A stretch of 64,000 nt of DNA from Trichinella spiralis (taxonomy: Eukaryota), in the NCBI RefSeq assembly GCF_000181795.1, contig NW_003526944.1:3176793-3240792 (forward strand). Reading direction: 5' to 3'. Below, piece by piece: positions 51,520 through 64,000 of this stretch; within the stretch, counting starts at the first letter, position 1, and every line of letters begins with the position of its first letter. The translations under genes and the position numbers were made by a program. Below the pieces are notes generated by a model. That model did no database searches and was not told the DNA's origin. It worked only from the letters and a program-made list of their open reading frames with translations.

Positions 51520-54500
51520 TCAAAGTTCGCCATTAACGATGAGCTTGGGCCGGATATCATTGTCCACCGGAGCGGTGTCCTGTTGCATGCGAGAACCGTA
51601 ATTGACCAGCATCTCCGTAAGCAAACCTTTGGACACGTGACCGCTAAGCATCTTGTAATATAAGTACTGTTCGCCGCGCAGACCGAGTGATCTAAAGCAG
51701 CAGTAAACAAATAAGTAAAGCAAATTTTAAATAGATAAAAGATTTGCTATTTCTCCGTTTCAACCAACCTCATCTTTTCCATGCAATTCTGAAACTGAAC
51801 CGGAATTTCGGATGTATTGCCATCCTGTACCATTGAACGACGATACTCGAGCCAAGCTTCTCGAATTCGCTGTCGCCCTTCTATTACCAACGCTTTGTTG
51901 CGTAATTTCGAATAATCTTCAAGAAAGAAAAAACAAAATTACAAATCAATTAATTAATTCACTTGCAGTAAAATCAAAAAATCATTTATTTACTTGGATT
52001 TAATAAAATCAAATATTTTATTGCCACATAATCGTAACGATCAAAACCAATAGCATTCAGCTGATTACACAGCTTGTCCCATTCAGATCTGCCTTCGGTC
52101 AAGGCTAGAAGGGCAACTGAGGTCGCCTTGAGCCTTAAAATTAAAAACTCAGCTATAATAAATTATGAAAAATACATCGAATATATATATGCATATATAT
52201 ATAACTAGATTGTTTGTGTGGAAATGAGCATTTAAGTTAAAAGTTCAGTATCTACAAAACCTGTATGCATGTACATCGTCATCAGAGTGATGTAATGACG
52301 AAGGTCAAAGTCACACACACACACACACTGATTGCTCCTATTAGCAAACAGGAACTACGGAAGTGTTTATGGCCTTGATGGATATGAAAATTGTTAGCTC
52401 ATTGTCAAAGAGCTTCGATTTTCCATTAACCAACAACAACTACAAGGTCGATGGAGAAATAACGTATGTCAGTTTTCTTGTTTATCGCTTTTCAAAAAAG
52501 TTGATCGCTCGGTTCAATTCACTTTTATGAGAGGAAAAAATTTACATATGTAAATAAATAATAAACATTTTCCCCAAACCTTGACATGGATTTGGTAAAC
52601 ATTCCTGGAATTAATAAACCGCACTGCTTTGAATTGATAATATCTACAGCAGTGCTGTCGAAGAAGTCGGAAAAGAAAAGTTACATTCGAGAATAGCAAG
52701 CAAGCAACAACAACAACAAAAAAGACCTTGAACAACCTTCACGGTAAAATAGGGTAAAATGATGAGGAAAAGATTTTAAAAAAGTAAAATAATAAAACTG
52801 ACAGATTAAAATTTCAATCTTACCTGTGTCCAGTTTTGAACGACACCGTATCAGGAAGTTTTCCTTGCAGTCGATAGTATGTAAAATCCAGTACGTGCAG
52901 TTCCGCCCATACAGACTGCAGCAATAGCATTTGATCATCAAGCTGCAAAAAAATGAAAATAATTTTTTTCTTAAAAAACGTAACAGATGCTTATTAATAT
53001 GCAAAAACACGAAATAAATTAATAAACAGTTTCCCTTGGAAAACACAACAACAGTATGACGACGACGCCAGCTGATAGGTCAGGGACGTCGGACGATGGA
53101 CTGGACCAGCTGTGTGTTTACTAGTAAACAAACCATTGCGTGGTGACCAATATTCCCCCCGGGGATGATGAAGTCGTGAGAATGGAAACAACTCCCATCA
53201 AACAGCAGCAAATAAGCCGACGACCACAACACATGCATATATATACACACACGTGTTTAACCTTACTCGGTCAACGTGATCATGATGGTCATCATGTGCA
53301 TTATACAAATGTCGATGATAAATAAGCATCATCACATCGACGCTGCACGTGACAATGTAAAAAAGCTCAAATTAGAAAAAAACAGATCCCCCTCAACAAA
53401 AAGTTTCACTCTAATTACTTACTACTTACTGTTCTACAAACAATAGATACGATGAAAATGAATAATGATAATTGAAAAGGAAGTTCAATTTGTCAAATAT
53501 TAGACGAATTTGTTGTAAAAATTAGTTCAATAATAATAATAATAATAATAATAATGAATAAATCGATAATAAATAATAAGAAGAAAACTCACAGTGAGCT
53601 CTTTGAAATGTGGACTGCTTTTGGCCCATTCGACTTGTTTGAACAATTCTTGATCAACGCATTGACAAACAGCCGAAAAAGAATCGGCTTGGGTTTGCTT
53701 GTCACAGGCTTCATCCATGTCGTACTGCCAGGCTGGTGAATCGCATACCGATTGGGATAACTGTTCGAGGAGTTCACAGACAATCGGCGACGTGGGCGCC
53801 GGACGACGGTCCGGGTGAGGGGCGATGTTCGCCGCCGCCGCCGCGGCCGCGGCTAACGAGAAGCCGTGGACGGCAGCGTAGGTGGGCGTGCCCGGCTGTC
53901 CGGTGGTCGCATAACCTGGACCGAGATTCATTTGAAAAGCTTTGCTTGTTGGTATTGGACAAAGCGGCAAAGCGGCACCGTTTCCCAGACAAGGTTCGTA
54001 CGTGGCGGACCGAGATTTCGCGTAACCAGCGTACGGCGTGCTGGACGGTGGTTGGGCGGTGAGCATGGCGCCCCGACTGGGCAAAAAGCCGTTCTCTCCG
54101 TAAGCGGCCACGTTGGCGTAGTCGCCGAAGCCCAGTGTGCTCAACGCGGCCGTGCCGAAACCGTGGTCAGGATCGAATGGAACCGGATCGCTGGCTTTCA
54201 GACCTTCTTGTTTCACACCGTTCAGATTACAATAGTTGCCGGTCGTCGCAGCCAACGTCGCACTCTGACCGGTACTACAGGCGGTGGCCGGCCACGTTCT
54301 CAGCTCTTCCAAACATCCCGCACTCAACAGCGCGGCAACGTTGTCACAGTTTGGTACATAGCTGACCGCTTGCAACGGTGCAACGTTTCCACTCTGACCA
54401 AAATAATCACTTGCCGACGGCACTAGTGTCGTTGCCGATTGTTGCTGTTGTTGTTGTGCCGCTAGCTGAGATTGGTAAAATCCATTTGGTGGAGAATGGG

Positions 54501-57500
54501 TGGATGAAGATAAAGTTGGACTTTGAACATTCTGTTCGTAAACAACCGACGAACATCTGTACGGGCTGAGCTTGTCAGCAGAGCACATGGACTTTTCCGC
54601 ACCCAGCGGTGAACTGCTAGTAACCAGCTGATCTTGATGACGCACAACATGCTGGTGAGGCAGACCGTTGTTGCCGGTGAACTGCAACGAAGAACCATTC
54701 GCACCGTTGGAACCGTCCAAACCAATCCTCTGGTACGCTTGCATTCGTCTGGCTCGATCCCGCTTGTACATGGAACCGAACTTGTTACGTCCACCTCGCA
54801 TTCGATCCTCTCGAACGGCTAAAAAATAATTATTAAATCAAAATAAACATTAAAAACTTGAAATAAATAAAAGCATTACAAACATGATCGAGAAAAAAGA
54901 TTTTCTACCAATAAATTAAATGAATTCTTCCACTTGAAAAAATTCATCTCAACCCCTCCGATTTGAACATTTTTCAACAACCAAGCAAGCAAGAAAGCAA
55001 CTTGCATATTCTCTTCTGGTCCAGTTTTTCAAATCAATCCGGCTTCATCAATTCAGGTGAACTGAACAATTTTCAAAGAAACGATACTGGCAATAAATTA
55101 ATTATGATCAACAGTAAGAAGAACTGGATTTTTACTGTCTTCAAAAGCCAGGTGCCAGTCCAAAAGTACAACAATAGCATTATATAACGTATAGCCAAAT
55201 TATTCCCATATTCTTCTTTTTCATTCATCAAAACATGCTTATTTGAATATTCACCGACAAAATCACTTTTGTAATCAAGTTTCGGTTTGTTTATTTCCAA
55301 GAAAACCCACCACATGTCATTTCAATTTGAAAATATGATCATTTTTCATGAAATTATGATTTATTTCCCCCCCCCTCCTACCCCACTGGTCCTCCCAACT
55401 CGATTTGATCCCAAAAATTGATAATATGACAATTATTTTGAAAAAAAAAGAATTTGTACTCTCAGAAAATCATTGTCGTTGTCGACAAATCAGTAGAATG
55501 ATAATGAGAAAATGATATTTCTATAAAAAAAAGCTGATAAATTTCAACAATTGGACTATTGTTCTTCTGTTTTTGCTTATATCGTAGAATGAATGGCGGG
55601 AAAAAAAGTTCAACATTGGTCGACCTTATAATATGGTGCAATGCGTGCACATATTTGGATGATATTGTCAATTTTGGAAAAATGTCCGTGTTGTTGTCTT
55701 TTCACAAAAGGATGCTACTGTACAAAATGATGACCCTTGTCCACGCGTCGAGACAGTAGCACTGTCTCGAAGCCGTGGCGTGTATAGACGGATTTGAGAC
55801 GGGTCAGGGTTATCACGGGTCATTGGGCCATCGAAAGTGCATTTTCGGTACAAGGTCGCCAGTGATAAACAGGAACTGACGAACGCGTTGGCGTTGGACC
55901 GGCTCCAGTTGCGCGATGGCTAAACAAAAAGCCACCGCCGACCGTTGGTCAGTGGAAAGTTGATGGCGCGGGAACGTCAGTTGCGCCGGATGCGGTCAGA
56001 ATCGTTAATGGCCTGCGGTCACAAAGGCCATGTCGGGACGGATACGAAACCAGACGCGCCTGACAATCCCATAAATTCCGTGAGGTCCTTCGTGAAGAAA
56101 AGCCTTCGGGTCAAAAGTTCACCTAACGCACGCTTTGAAATTGAGCTTCACAATTCTTTTTATATTCATTTGCATGTTTATTAATTATTTATATTCGGTT
56201 GTTGTTTGCAACGCGAATTCGCACAACAATTACATATGACCGTCGAACTTTTATACAAGTCGTTCAAAAGAAAGAAAACAAAAAAGTGACCAATAATCAA
56301 GCAGACAAATTGGTTAATAAAATTCAGTCATATATACATATTTGTACAAAAGAAAGAGAAATTGAAATGATAAATAAAGCAATCATGCAATAAGTAATAA
56401 AGAAAAGCAAAAAAAAACTAGTACAATTGTGACATTTCATCCCTTCACGACAACTGCAGCGACAATTGCAAACATCCTGCCACTACTACATATGCATATA
56501 TATATATATGTATATATATTTATATATTAGGGTTTTTTGTCCAAATTAAAAAAATCAGTACAAACTGAAGAAAAAATTTGAAAAAAAACTGTCACAAAAA
56601 GCAACAACAAAAAAAGCCATAAAAAAAGAATTGCATTCAGGATGATGGGCAGGCTAGTAGTAGTAGTAGTAGTGGTGATGCTTTGGGAGACAGAGAGAAT
56701 GATGATTGGGAACTATTTCAACATACCCGGGGGGTTGACTACGACCCAGCTGTCTATTTCTTTGAATAGGCAAAAAACAGGCCACTACCCAATCTACCTC
56801 CAGTTTTTCAACTCTGAGACGACCGAAAAAGCAGCTGAAACGTGCACACGCACTAATGTGACTAAATTTGCCATTTCAGACCCAGAAAATTTGCCAAGCA
56901 ATTCTACTGCTGGGCAAGCTCTTTTTTCTTTTTTTGGGTTACAAAAATTCTGTTCTAATATAGCAAAGAATGGACAAAAAAAGAGAATCACCCTCGTCGG
57001 TAAATGATGTGAAAAAATTAATCAATTCTGGAATGAAAAAGAAAAAAATAATGATTTTCCCATATTTCGAAAGCAAAGAACCAACAATTTGACATGCATT
57101 GAATAAATGTACTTGTGCGAACATGTACTGTATTTTTCTTTGAAAAATTAATATTCGAAAAAAAGTTAAGAATATCAAGTAAAATAAATATGCATTTTGC
57201 TTTTTCAAACGATCATTATTAGTAGAAATGCCACCATTTATGAAAAGTAGCTTGTCAGTGACTTTGATCTATGCATATCTACAAGATGTCAAATAGTACA
57301 AGTAACACGATTGGTCATTTTATCCAAACCGGTCCGATGGGTCGAAAGTTCGTTCCTAACTGACCGAACTGTACGATAAGGAAATGTCCCTTTCCATTTC
57401 TCTCACAGTACATAGATTCTTGCCAATCTTTTAAACCACTCACACCTAACTTCTTCATACAAGGATATACATATGTTTTTCAAGTAAACTCAATATCTAC

Positions 57501-60180
57501 AATTTAATGTATACAAATATGGTAGTAATAATTTGTATAATATTTCAATTTTTGCTAATTTCAATAAAAAGGGAAAGTTTTGAAATAGGACGAAGCTGGC
57601 CAACTTTTACCAGCAGTCAGCTGGTCACGTGTCATTTCAATTTCCCATCTTATTCTTATTATTCTATACGCTATTAGCAATTGACGGTTGTTTTAATCGA
57701 AAATTGAGGGAAACTTTTTCCACGAGCTTCTGCATGTGGATATGAAAAATTCCACTGCTTTCAATAATTTGCGGCTCATTTTCTCAGAAAATTTTGCCAA
57801 TATTACAAAGAACGATTGACCCGACGTCGGCTGCGGTGGCCCACTTTCACCACTTTGCCAGACGTGCCTATACACGCATGCTCCTATGCTCGGTCGAGGA
57901 AGGGACAGTTGAGAGAAAAAAAAACTTTTTTTTTGGAGATGATATAAAAATTATGATTTCTGTTGAAAAAATTCATAATGAAAATGAAATTAAAAAGAAA
58001 TTTTCATACCTTCAATTTTCATGCCAACTTTGAGACACTTTTGAAAACGACAATGCGGGCAGCGTTTGCGGCATGTTTTATCAATTGGACAGTTTTGGTC
58101 AGCTGAACATTGGTATACCTGTTGGAAAAGAAGAATAATTTAATAAATGCACATGGAACGTATCTTGATGAAGTGATGAAACCTTTTTGTTTTGAACGGT
58201 ACGTTTGAAGAAACCTTTGCAAGATTCACATGTGAGCAGACCGTAGTGATAGCCGGAAACTTTGTCACCACAGACGGGACAACAATCTTGTATGAATGTG
58301 GATGAAGCAGCTGAAGAAGCTGAAGAAGAAGAAGAGGCGATTTTCGCCCGACCGACGTTCAACGATTGCGGCGCCATAGGTGCAGCTGCGGCGAGCATCT
58401 TGCCGGTTACCGGCTCCAAAGTTGCAGTACAGTTAGCATTGCAGTCCGCCTGCAAGCAAGTGATAAAATAATATCTGTCGATTTTTGATGAAGATTTGTT
58501 AATTAATACATGTGAATGGAATTGTTAAAGGAGAAAATTGTATAAACGTTGTTGTTGAGTAACAGATGAGCGACAAATACAAAAATAGAAGAGAGAGCGG
58601 GAGAGAGAGAGAGAGCACGCGAGAGACAGAGAAAGCAAGATAGCAAATGAGATAGAGAGAGAGAGAGCGAGAGAGAGAAAAAAGGAGAGCAAGAATCAGA
58701 CCCACCGGTCGGTAGGCAAAGTGCCGAAACACGTCAGTACGTATCACACCTGTCTGTCAAAGGCGGGCCCAGCAGCTACTAGTTGCCGCCGTACGGGAAC
58801 CGCGATGTCGCCACATAATTGGCCAATCAGAGTTGACCGACTGGCTCAAGTTGACCAATCAGTATTGACAGCGGATCGTCGCCCTCCCCGGGGGTGCCCC
58901 AGCTCGCAATTGTCAATCAACCGCCCGGCAATTCGCGGTTGTTGCGCAAGGACGGTCAGGGTCGACATCTGCAAACCGTTTCCTCATCCCTTACCTACAT
59001 ACTAGGTGCTTTAAGTTTTTGAATGATGAAAGAGGAAATGAAGAAGAAGAAAAAAAAACACATTACACGCACACACACATTTACATGCATAAATGTATAC
59101 ACACGTATTTGTAGGCACACACACACACACATACACATATATGTATATACACAGTGCATACTATAAACTGCACAAATGTGCATACTAACGTGTACCCAGA
59201 GTTAGAGGTGCGTGCGCACAGAAAAAATATAAAAAAACAGTATGCTGCTTTTCAGTCAGCTTGATTATATGTGCAGGCCCAACGGGTGACGAACAAGACA
59301 AAGCACTGTCGTCTTTTCCAGGGTTCCAGTTTTTCTGACACACTTTGGCGTCCTGCACCCGACCAGACGATACTGGTGATTTGGCGTTTTTCACAAATTT
59401 GGCTCAGACCGGCTTTTCGAGACTGTCTCACGTGTGCAGTGGAAAAGCAAGAAGAGGCAAAGGCATACATGCAAGCATGCATGCATTGAGAAGGGGTAGA
59501 AAAAGAGAGTAAGAGATAGAGACAGGGGGAAAGGAGGGAGAAAAATTGAATAAAAAAAAGAAGAAAAAAAATTCGGTCACCCAACCAAACGTTGGTTAAA
59601 GCATTTGTTAATGCTTTCTTGATGTTTTGAACAGCGTCACCGGCCTCTAGTAGCGATGGCCTGGGAATCAGAGCGCCTTTTCGGCAATGGACAATGGCCC
59701 CACTTGAACGCGCTAGCTCAGCCGCTCAGGTCAGCTGGCTTAAACAAACCCGTCGGGCGGGGCCAATTTCGACCATGGAAAATTGCTCCGATCGATTGAA
59801 AACTATTGTCACTTGTTGTACCTGGTCCATTGATCGAATCGAGCCGTTTTATCCAGTCCAAAGTGTGTCTGTCTGGCTGTCTGTCTGTCTGTCGACCGCA
59901 ATATGAATATGCAACTGAGCAATGTGATGTGAAGAACAACAATTACAATAATTATTACAATCTCGAGTTTGGTCAAAAATGGAAAAAAATTCCCACATAT
60001 ACAAATAGATGAACAATTGAACACATATATTTTTGATCATCATATGGAAATTTGCATTTTATAATTTTTGAAAAGTTTTCACGAAACGAAATAAAAAAGG
60101 TGAGATAATTAATCGGTGGAGAAAATGAGAAAAGCATTAAGTTTACAACTTACCCAGTGAAATTGTAGTAGAGGATCCAT
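51520..60180 (-). CDS. nhr-25: Nuclear receptor NR5A (FTZ-F1 / NHR-25), ~735 aa
   Basis: Exons 60180-60154 (candidate start MDPLLQFHW), 58449-58183, 58118-58010, 54818-53593, 52942-52824, 52133-51994, 51916-51769 and 51691-51520, all in phase. [40 protein letters not shown]1 box [26 protein letters not shown] signature [36 protein letters not shown]-2 LLTEML. The first exon is less certain. Confidence 0.94.
52299..52731. promoter_or_regulatory. Cluster of NR5A-type binding motifs in ftz-f1 intron
   Basis: TCAAGGCCA (minus, 52378-52370), ACAAGGTCG (52442-52450), TCAAGGTCT (minus, 52731-52723), TCAAGGTT (minus, 52584-52577), GAAGGTCA (52300-52307). Confidence 0.45.
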
Positions 60181-63100
60181 TAAAAATGAATTATAAGAAA
60201 AATTTTTCACCAAATAAACCAGTGATGAATAGAAAGAAATGAACTCGAACAAGCGCGAAGGTCGAAGTTGCATAAAAGAGACAGCTGACGGCTCCCTGTT
60301 GGACCCAAGAGTGAGACCATTGGGCCTGTCAAAAAATGCCCCCAAAAAGCCTGTTAAGCAGCAGATGGGCGCACTGCAGGGACCCGACGCCTCGAAACTC
60401 TGACGACCCTGAGATGTAAGGGAAAAAAACAACAACAACAACAATAATAATAGCGGTGACTATTACTCTTTTTTAAGCATACATCTAGATACGATCAAAA
60501 AGTAATCAACATGCACAACGACAACAGAAAGCGTTATATACAAATCTCTTGTAACAACATATCGCAATTTTTACCTTGTCGATGGAATATTCATTTTTGC
60601 ATTTCACATTTTTGTACGCCATATTTGTAACAATACGAAAGACTTCTTCACTGAAACAAAGAATATGAAAGAATTATTAAAAGTAAGGAAATATATGCTG
60701 ACAGTTATAAGCGTGTCAATTATAAAATATTCTCTGTAAACAAACTTTAAAATGTTGAGGGTGTGGACAACAGGATGAGCTATTATTATTATTATTATTG
60801 TTCGTGTAAATTGGTAAAAGTTAAAATAAAATTGATAATCATTGCAGCCAACTGAGTGGTATGGTAATTTTTGACAATCTGATTTTCCAATTTCGAAACC
60901 AATTCAAACAAGGAACTGTCGATTTGGCAATAATGATCGCATGACGCAATGCAAATTCGAGATGACGCATCATAGCGGAAATGAAGTTGAAATTTGAAAA
61001 ACAAAAACAAATTATTAATTAATATTTTGAGAAAATTTAAATATATTTGGAAGCATTTCGAAAAATGCCGATTTTCCAAAAAACATAAAAATAATACAGA
61101 AATTTATCTCATTTTTCAAATTTCACAAATCTGCTTTCAGTAGTCAAGGTTGTTGCATGTTTTTTTTTTGAATTTTTCTTCCGTCAAGCAGAGTGAAGAA
61201 GAAAATGGCCAAATTCACCTTGGCCCGCTTCGAAAGCTTCCAATTACCAACAGTGCAATGCGGTTAAGCCGAGGGGTAGAAAGAAAATTTGAAAAAAAAC
61301 TAATGAGTAGAGAGCTTTTCCCAAAAATTAGATTTTTCAACAATAGCAAAAAAAATTTTTGCTAGGTGAGCTAATTTTACAAACGGCCAAGTTTTCCCAG
61401 TTCCAAAATTTCTTTTTTTCCATTTTCTTGGTCACCGGACAAACGGTGGTAATTGGGCAATTTTTTTTTTCAAGTCAAAAACTACTGGCCGGAAAAAAAA
61501 TGCGGGAAATTGTCCACAACGGAAGAGTTTCATAATTTGGTATGAAAAACTGAAGAAGAAAGAAATGGCAGGGGGGTAAAGGCAAAAGCGGGTCAATAGA
61601 TTTGCCAGAATTGCACGCCCTGAGGAGAAGAAACTGCAACCGCACCTGGCCGAGTTAGAACATACGATACAAGAGGGTGTGGGTTTTTCATTATTCTTCT
61701 TCTTTGGCTTTTCCAATTTCATCAACTTTTTGCAAATCATCACCAGCCAGATGCTGCGGATGCTCTACTTGCCTAGCAGACGGGACAATTTGGGACGAGC
61801 AGAAAAAAATTGATTTTTTTTTCAAATTTTATTAAATTTCTCTTATTCTTCTTTTTTTTTGGGAAATTCACCACCGTCCCAGACTGTGGGGTGTGGCCGG
61901 CTTGGAAAAGCCGAATCTGTACCCTCTGCCGACACTGTCAATCATCGAATGGAACTGGAAAAAATTGGCAAAAATGTGAACTGAAAGAATGCTGAAGAAA
62001 TTATACCGGAAATGATACTTTCAAACAACGGAAGTGAAAAGCAATTTGCACAAATATTGTATGAATAAGAATGCTTTCCTTTTCTACTTTGAATACATAA
62101 AAAAAGTGGACCGACGACAATCTCGACAAACACTTTTTTTAAATATGAATCTCAATTTAAATGAAATTTTACATTAAAAAAATTATTTTTAAAATATCTT
62201 ACAAAATACTTTCTTCTGGTATTGATAATTTGGAGCTTGGGCACACGATCCTACTGCGATTTTCGAATTCGTTTCCCAATAAATCAATTTTATTGATCGG
62301 GCTGAAATTTTTTTCGCACTTCAACTTGAAATTCATTTCAGTGCTTCAAATAGAATTTCAAAACGATAAAATTTCAAATTTGAATTTCAAATACAATTTC
62401 AAACGTTGCACATTTGCCAACGATCACACTTGGCAGCGCTTTTCGTATCACGAACGAAACCGCAGACAGTAAAATATGGCTAATGAGGTAGTAATTATTT
62501 TTCAAAATTATTAACTTTATAAAACTTGAAATAAAAATCACTTTTTGACATTTTTTACTTTATTTAGATAAAATTATTAAAAATATACACCAGAATTGTT
62601 GATTTATTAAAATACTTTTATAGTATATATTTTCAGTTTTATGAATATACAAAATTACTTAAAAATTGAATTTATAAAATTTTTTAAATATTTAATTTGA
62701 CAACATAATACACTTTTAAATTAATTTATTGATTGTTTACGCTAAATAACTGCAACTGTACAACATAGAAAGCTAATAAACAGGCTGTTTATAAAATTAT
62801 ATTTTCAAAATTAATTGAATTAGCTAACAATTTCATTTTAAAATTATTTTGACAATGTACAATGGCAATTTTTAAAATGTGAACTAAATTATCATCATAC
62901 AGTAGAATTCAAATGGAAAAAACTTTTTCAAAACTTTCGACATTATTAAAGTATTAAAATTTGAAATATTTGTTAATAAAAAGTTATATGTGATGAATAT
63001 TAAAATATTTTTTCTATATTATACGAAACGCCGTTTCTTTCCCAGAATTAATAGTTCGCGTAATGCAGGTACGTTTGTCAGTTTACAAATGACAGTAGAC

Positions 63101-64000
63101 ACATTTACACGTTAATTAGAGAAATTTCGCAAACTATTTGCAGAAAATTGCAAAAACAATATTTTATGAAATCACATAATATTTTCATTATTTACAATTG
63201 TATTTATAATATACAAAATGGTTTACTAACGCTTTGCAATTTTTTAGTACTTAAGTAAAAATAATAATTTAATTTTTACTATTTATGGACAAATATTTAA
63301 GATTTTACTCAAATTCAAAGCAATACATTTCTTAAATACAAAATAACTGGTATAATGCTTGATTTCTTTTGTTACCTTCATTATTAACACTGATAAATTG
63401 TGTAAATTGGGTAAGAGGCACGTACAAGTAAATGCGAAGCATTGTCATATTGTGTAAACAAGATATCGCATTTTATGATTACTTGAATAACATAAATACA
63501 TATTTTTATAAATATATATTGGTGGACACATATCATAAAGCTATTTTTATTATTTTTTACTGTTGTGGTGAAGATAATAATCTTATAAAGCAGATTTAAG
63601 GTTGTCGTGAACTTTAAAGTTTCATTTAACTTGGATTATTATGTAAAATTAAAGTGAACGAATTTGTTTTTTCATTTTTTACTTATTAAACTCTTTTAGA
63701 TTTCTTCTTGTTAAAATGTTTTTCAAGCATTGACTATGAATTAAATATTATTTGGATTTCAATAGTGCACGCTGTGCTGTTTAAAGAGTAAACACTAAAA
63801 CATTATGTTGAGTAAATTAATTGTTTCTTTCTCATTTCTGTCTCTCTGTATATTTTTAAAACTTCAAAAATTTTGTTTTCACGTAATTTGCTGACTCATT
63901 GTTTAAATAACGTTTTACTACGCTTGTTAAATTTTATTCAAAATCCTACAGGAAATTTTATCATATAAGTTACTTCTTTCTGATTTAATCAATTCTCACA

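Noticed and set aside
62100..64000. Very AT-rich terminal region
   Set aside because: No ORF, RNA gene or structured repeat recognised; likely upstream intergenic DNA of the NR5A gene.

Overview
AT-rich eukaryotic genomic DNA with short GT-AG introns and TTTCAG/TTTTAG acceptors. It is most likely a nematode, and a Trichinella-like clade I species is my inference. From 1-13 kb there is no recognisable protein gene, only a patchwork of degenerate local duplications, followed by tRNA-Ser(GCT). The gene-dense block contains unc-31/CAPS (minus, ~30 exons), a five-exon TIGAR-like histidine phosphatase (minus), an intronless 1590-aa BRWD/PHIP-family WD40-bromodomain gene (minus), eIF3g (plus), an EGG-1/2-like LDL-receptor-repeat type II membrane protein (plus), an RBM24/38/SUP-12-type RRM protein (plus) and an NR5A FTZ-F1/NHR-25 nuclear receptor (minus). 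The most striking observation is that the whole BRWD/PHIP ORF lies inside intron 3 of the TIGAR-like gene on the SAME strand. It starts 88 nt after the host splice donor, and its first AATAAA signals sit ~50-65 nt before the host acceptor. Other points: an apparent non-AG (GG) 3' splice site and a GC donor in unc-31, a candidate poison exon in the sup-12-like gene, clustered NR5A/nuclear-receptor sites in ftz-f1 introns, and a 796-bp microhomology-flanked deletion between duplicated segments. All gene identities come from manual translation and recalled family motifs; no database searches were run.
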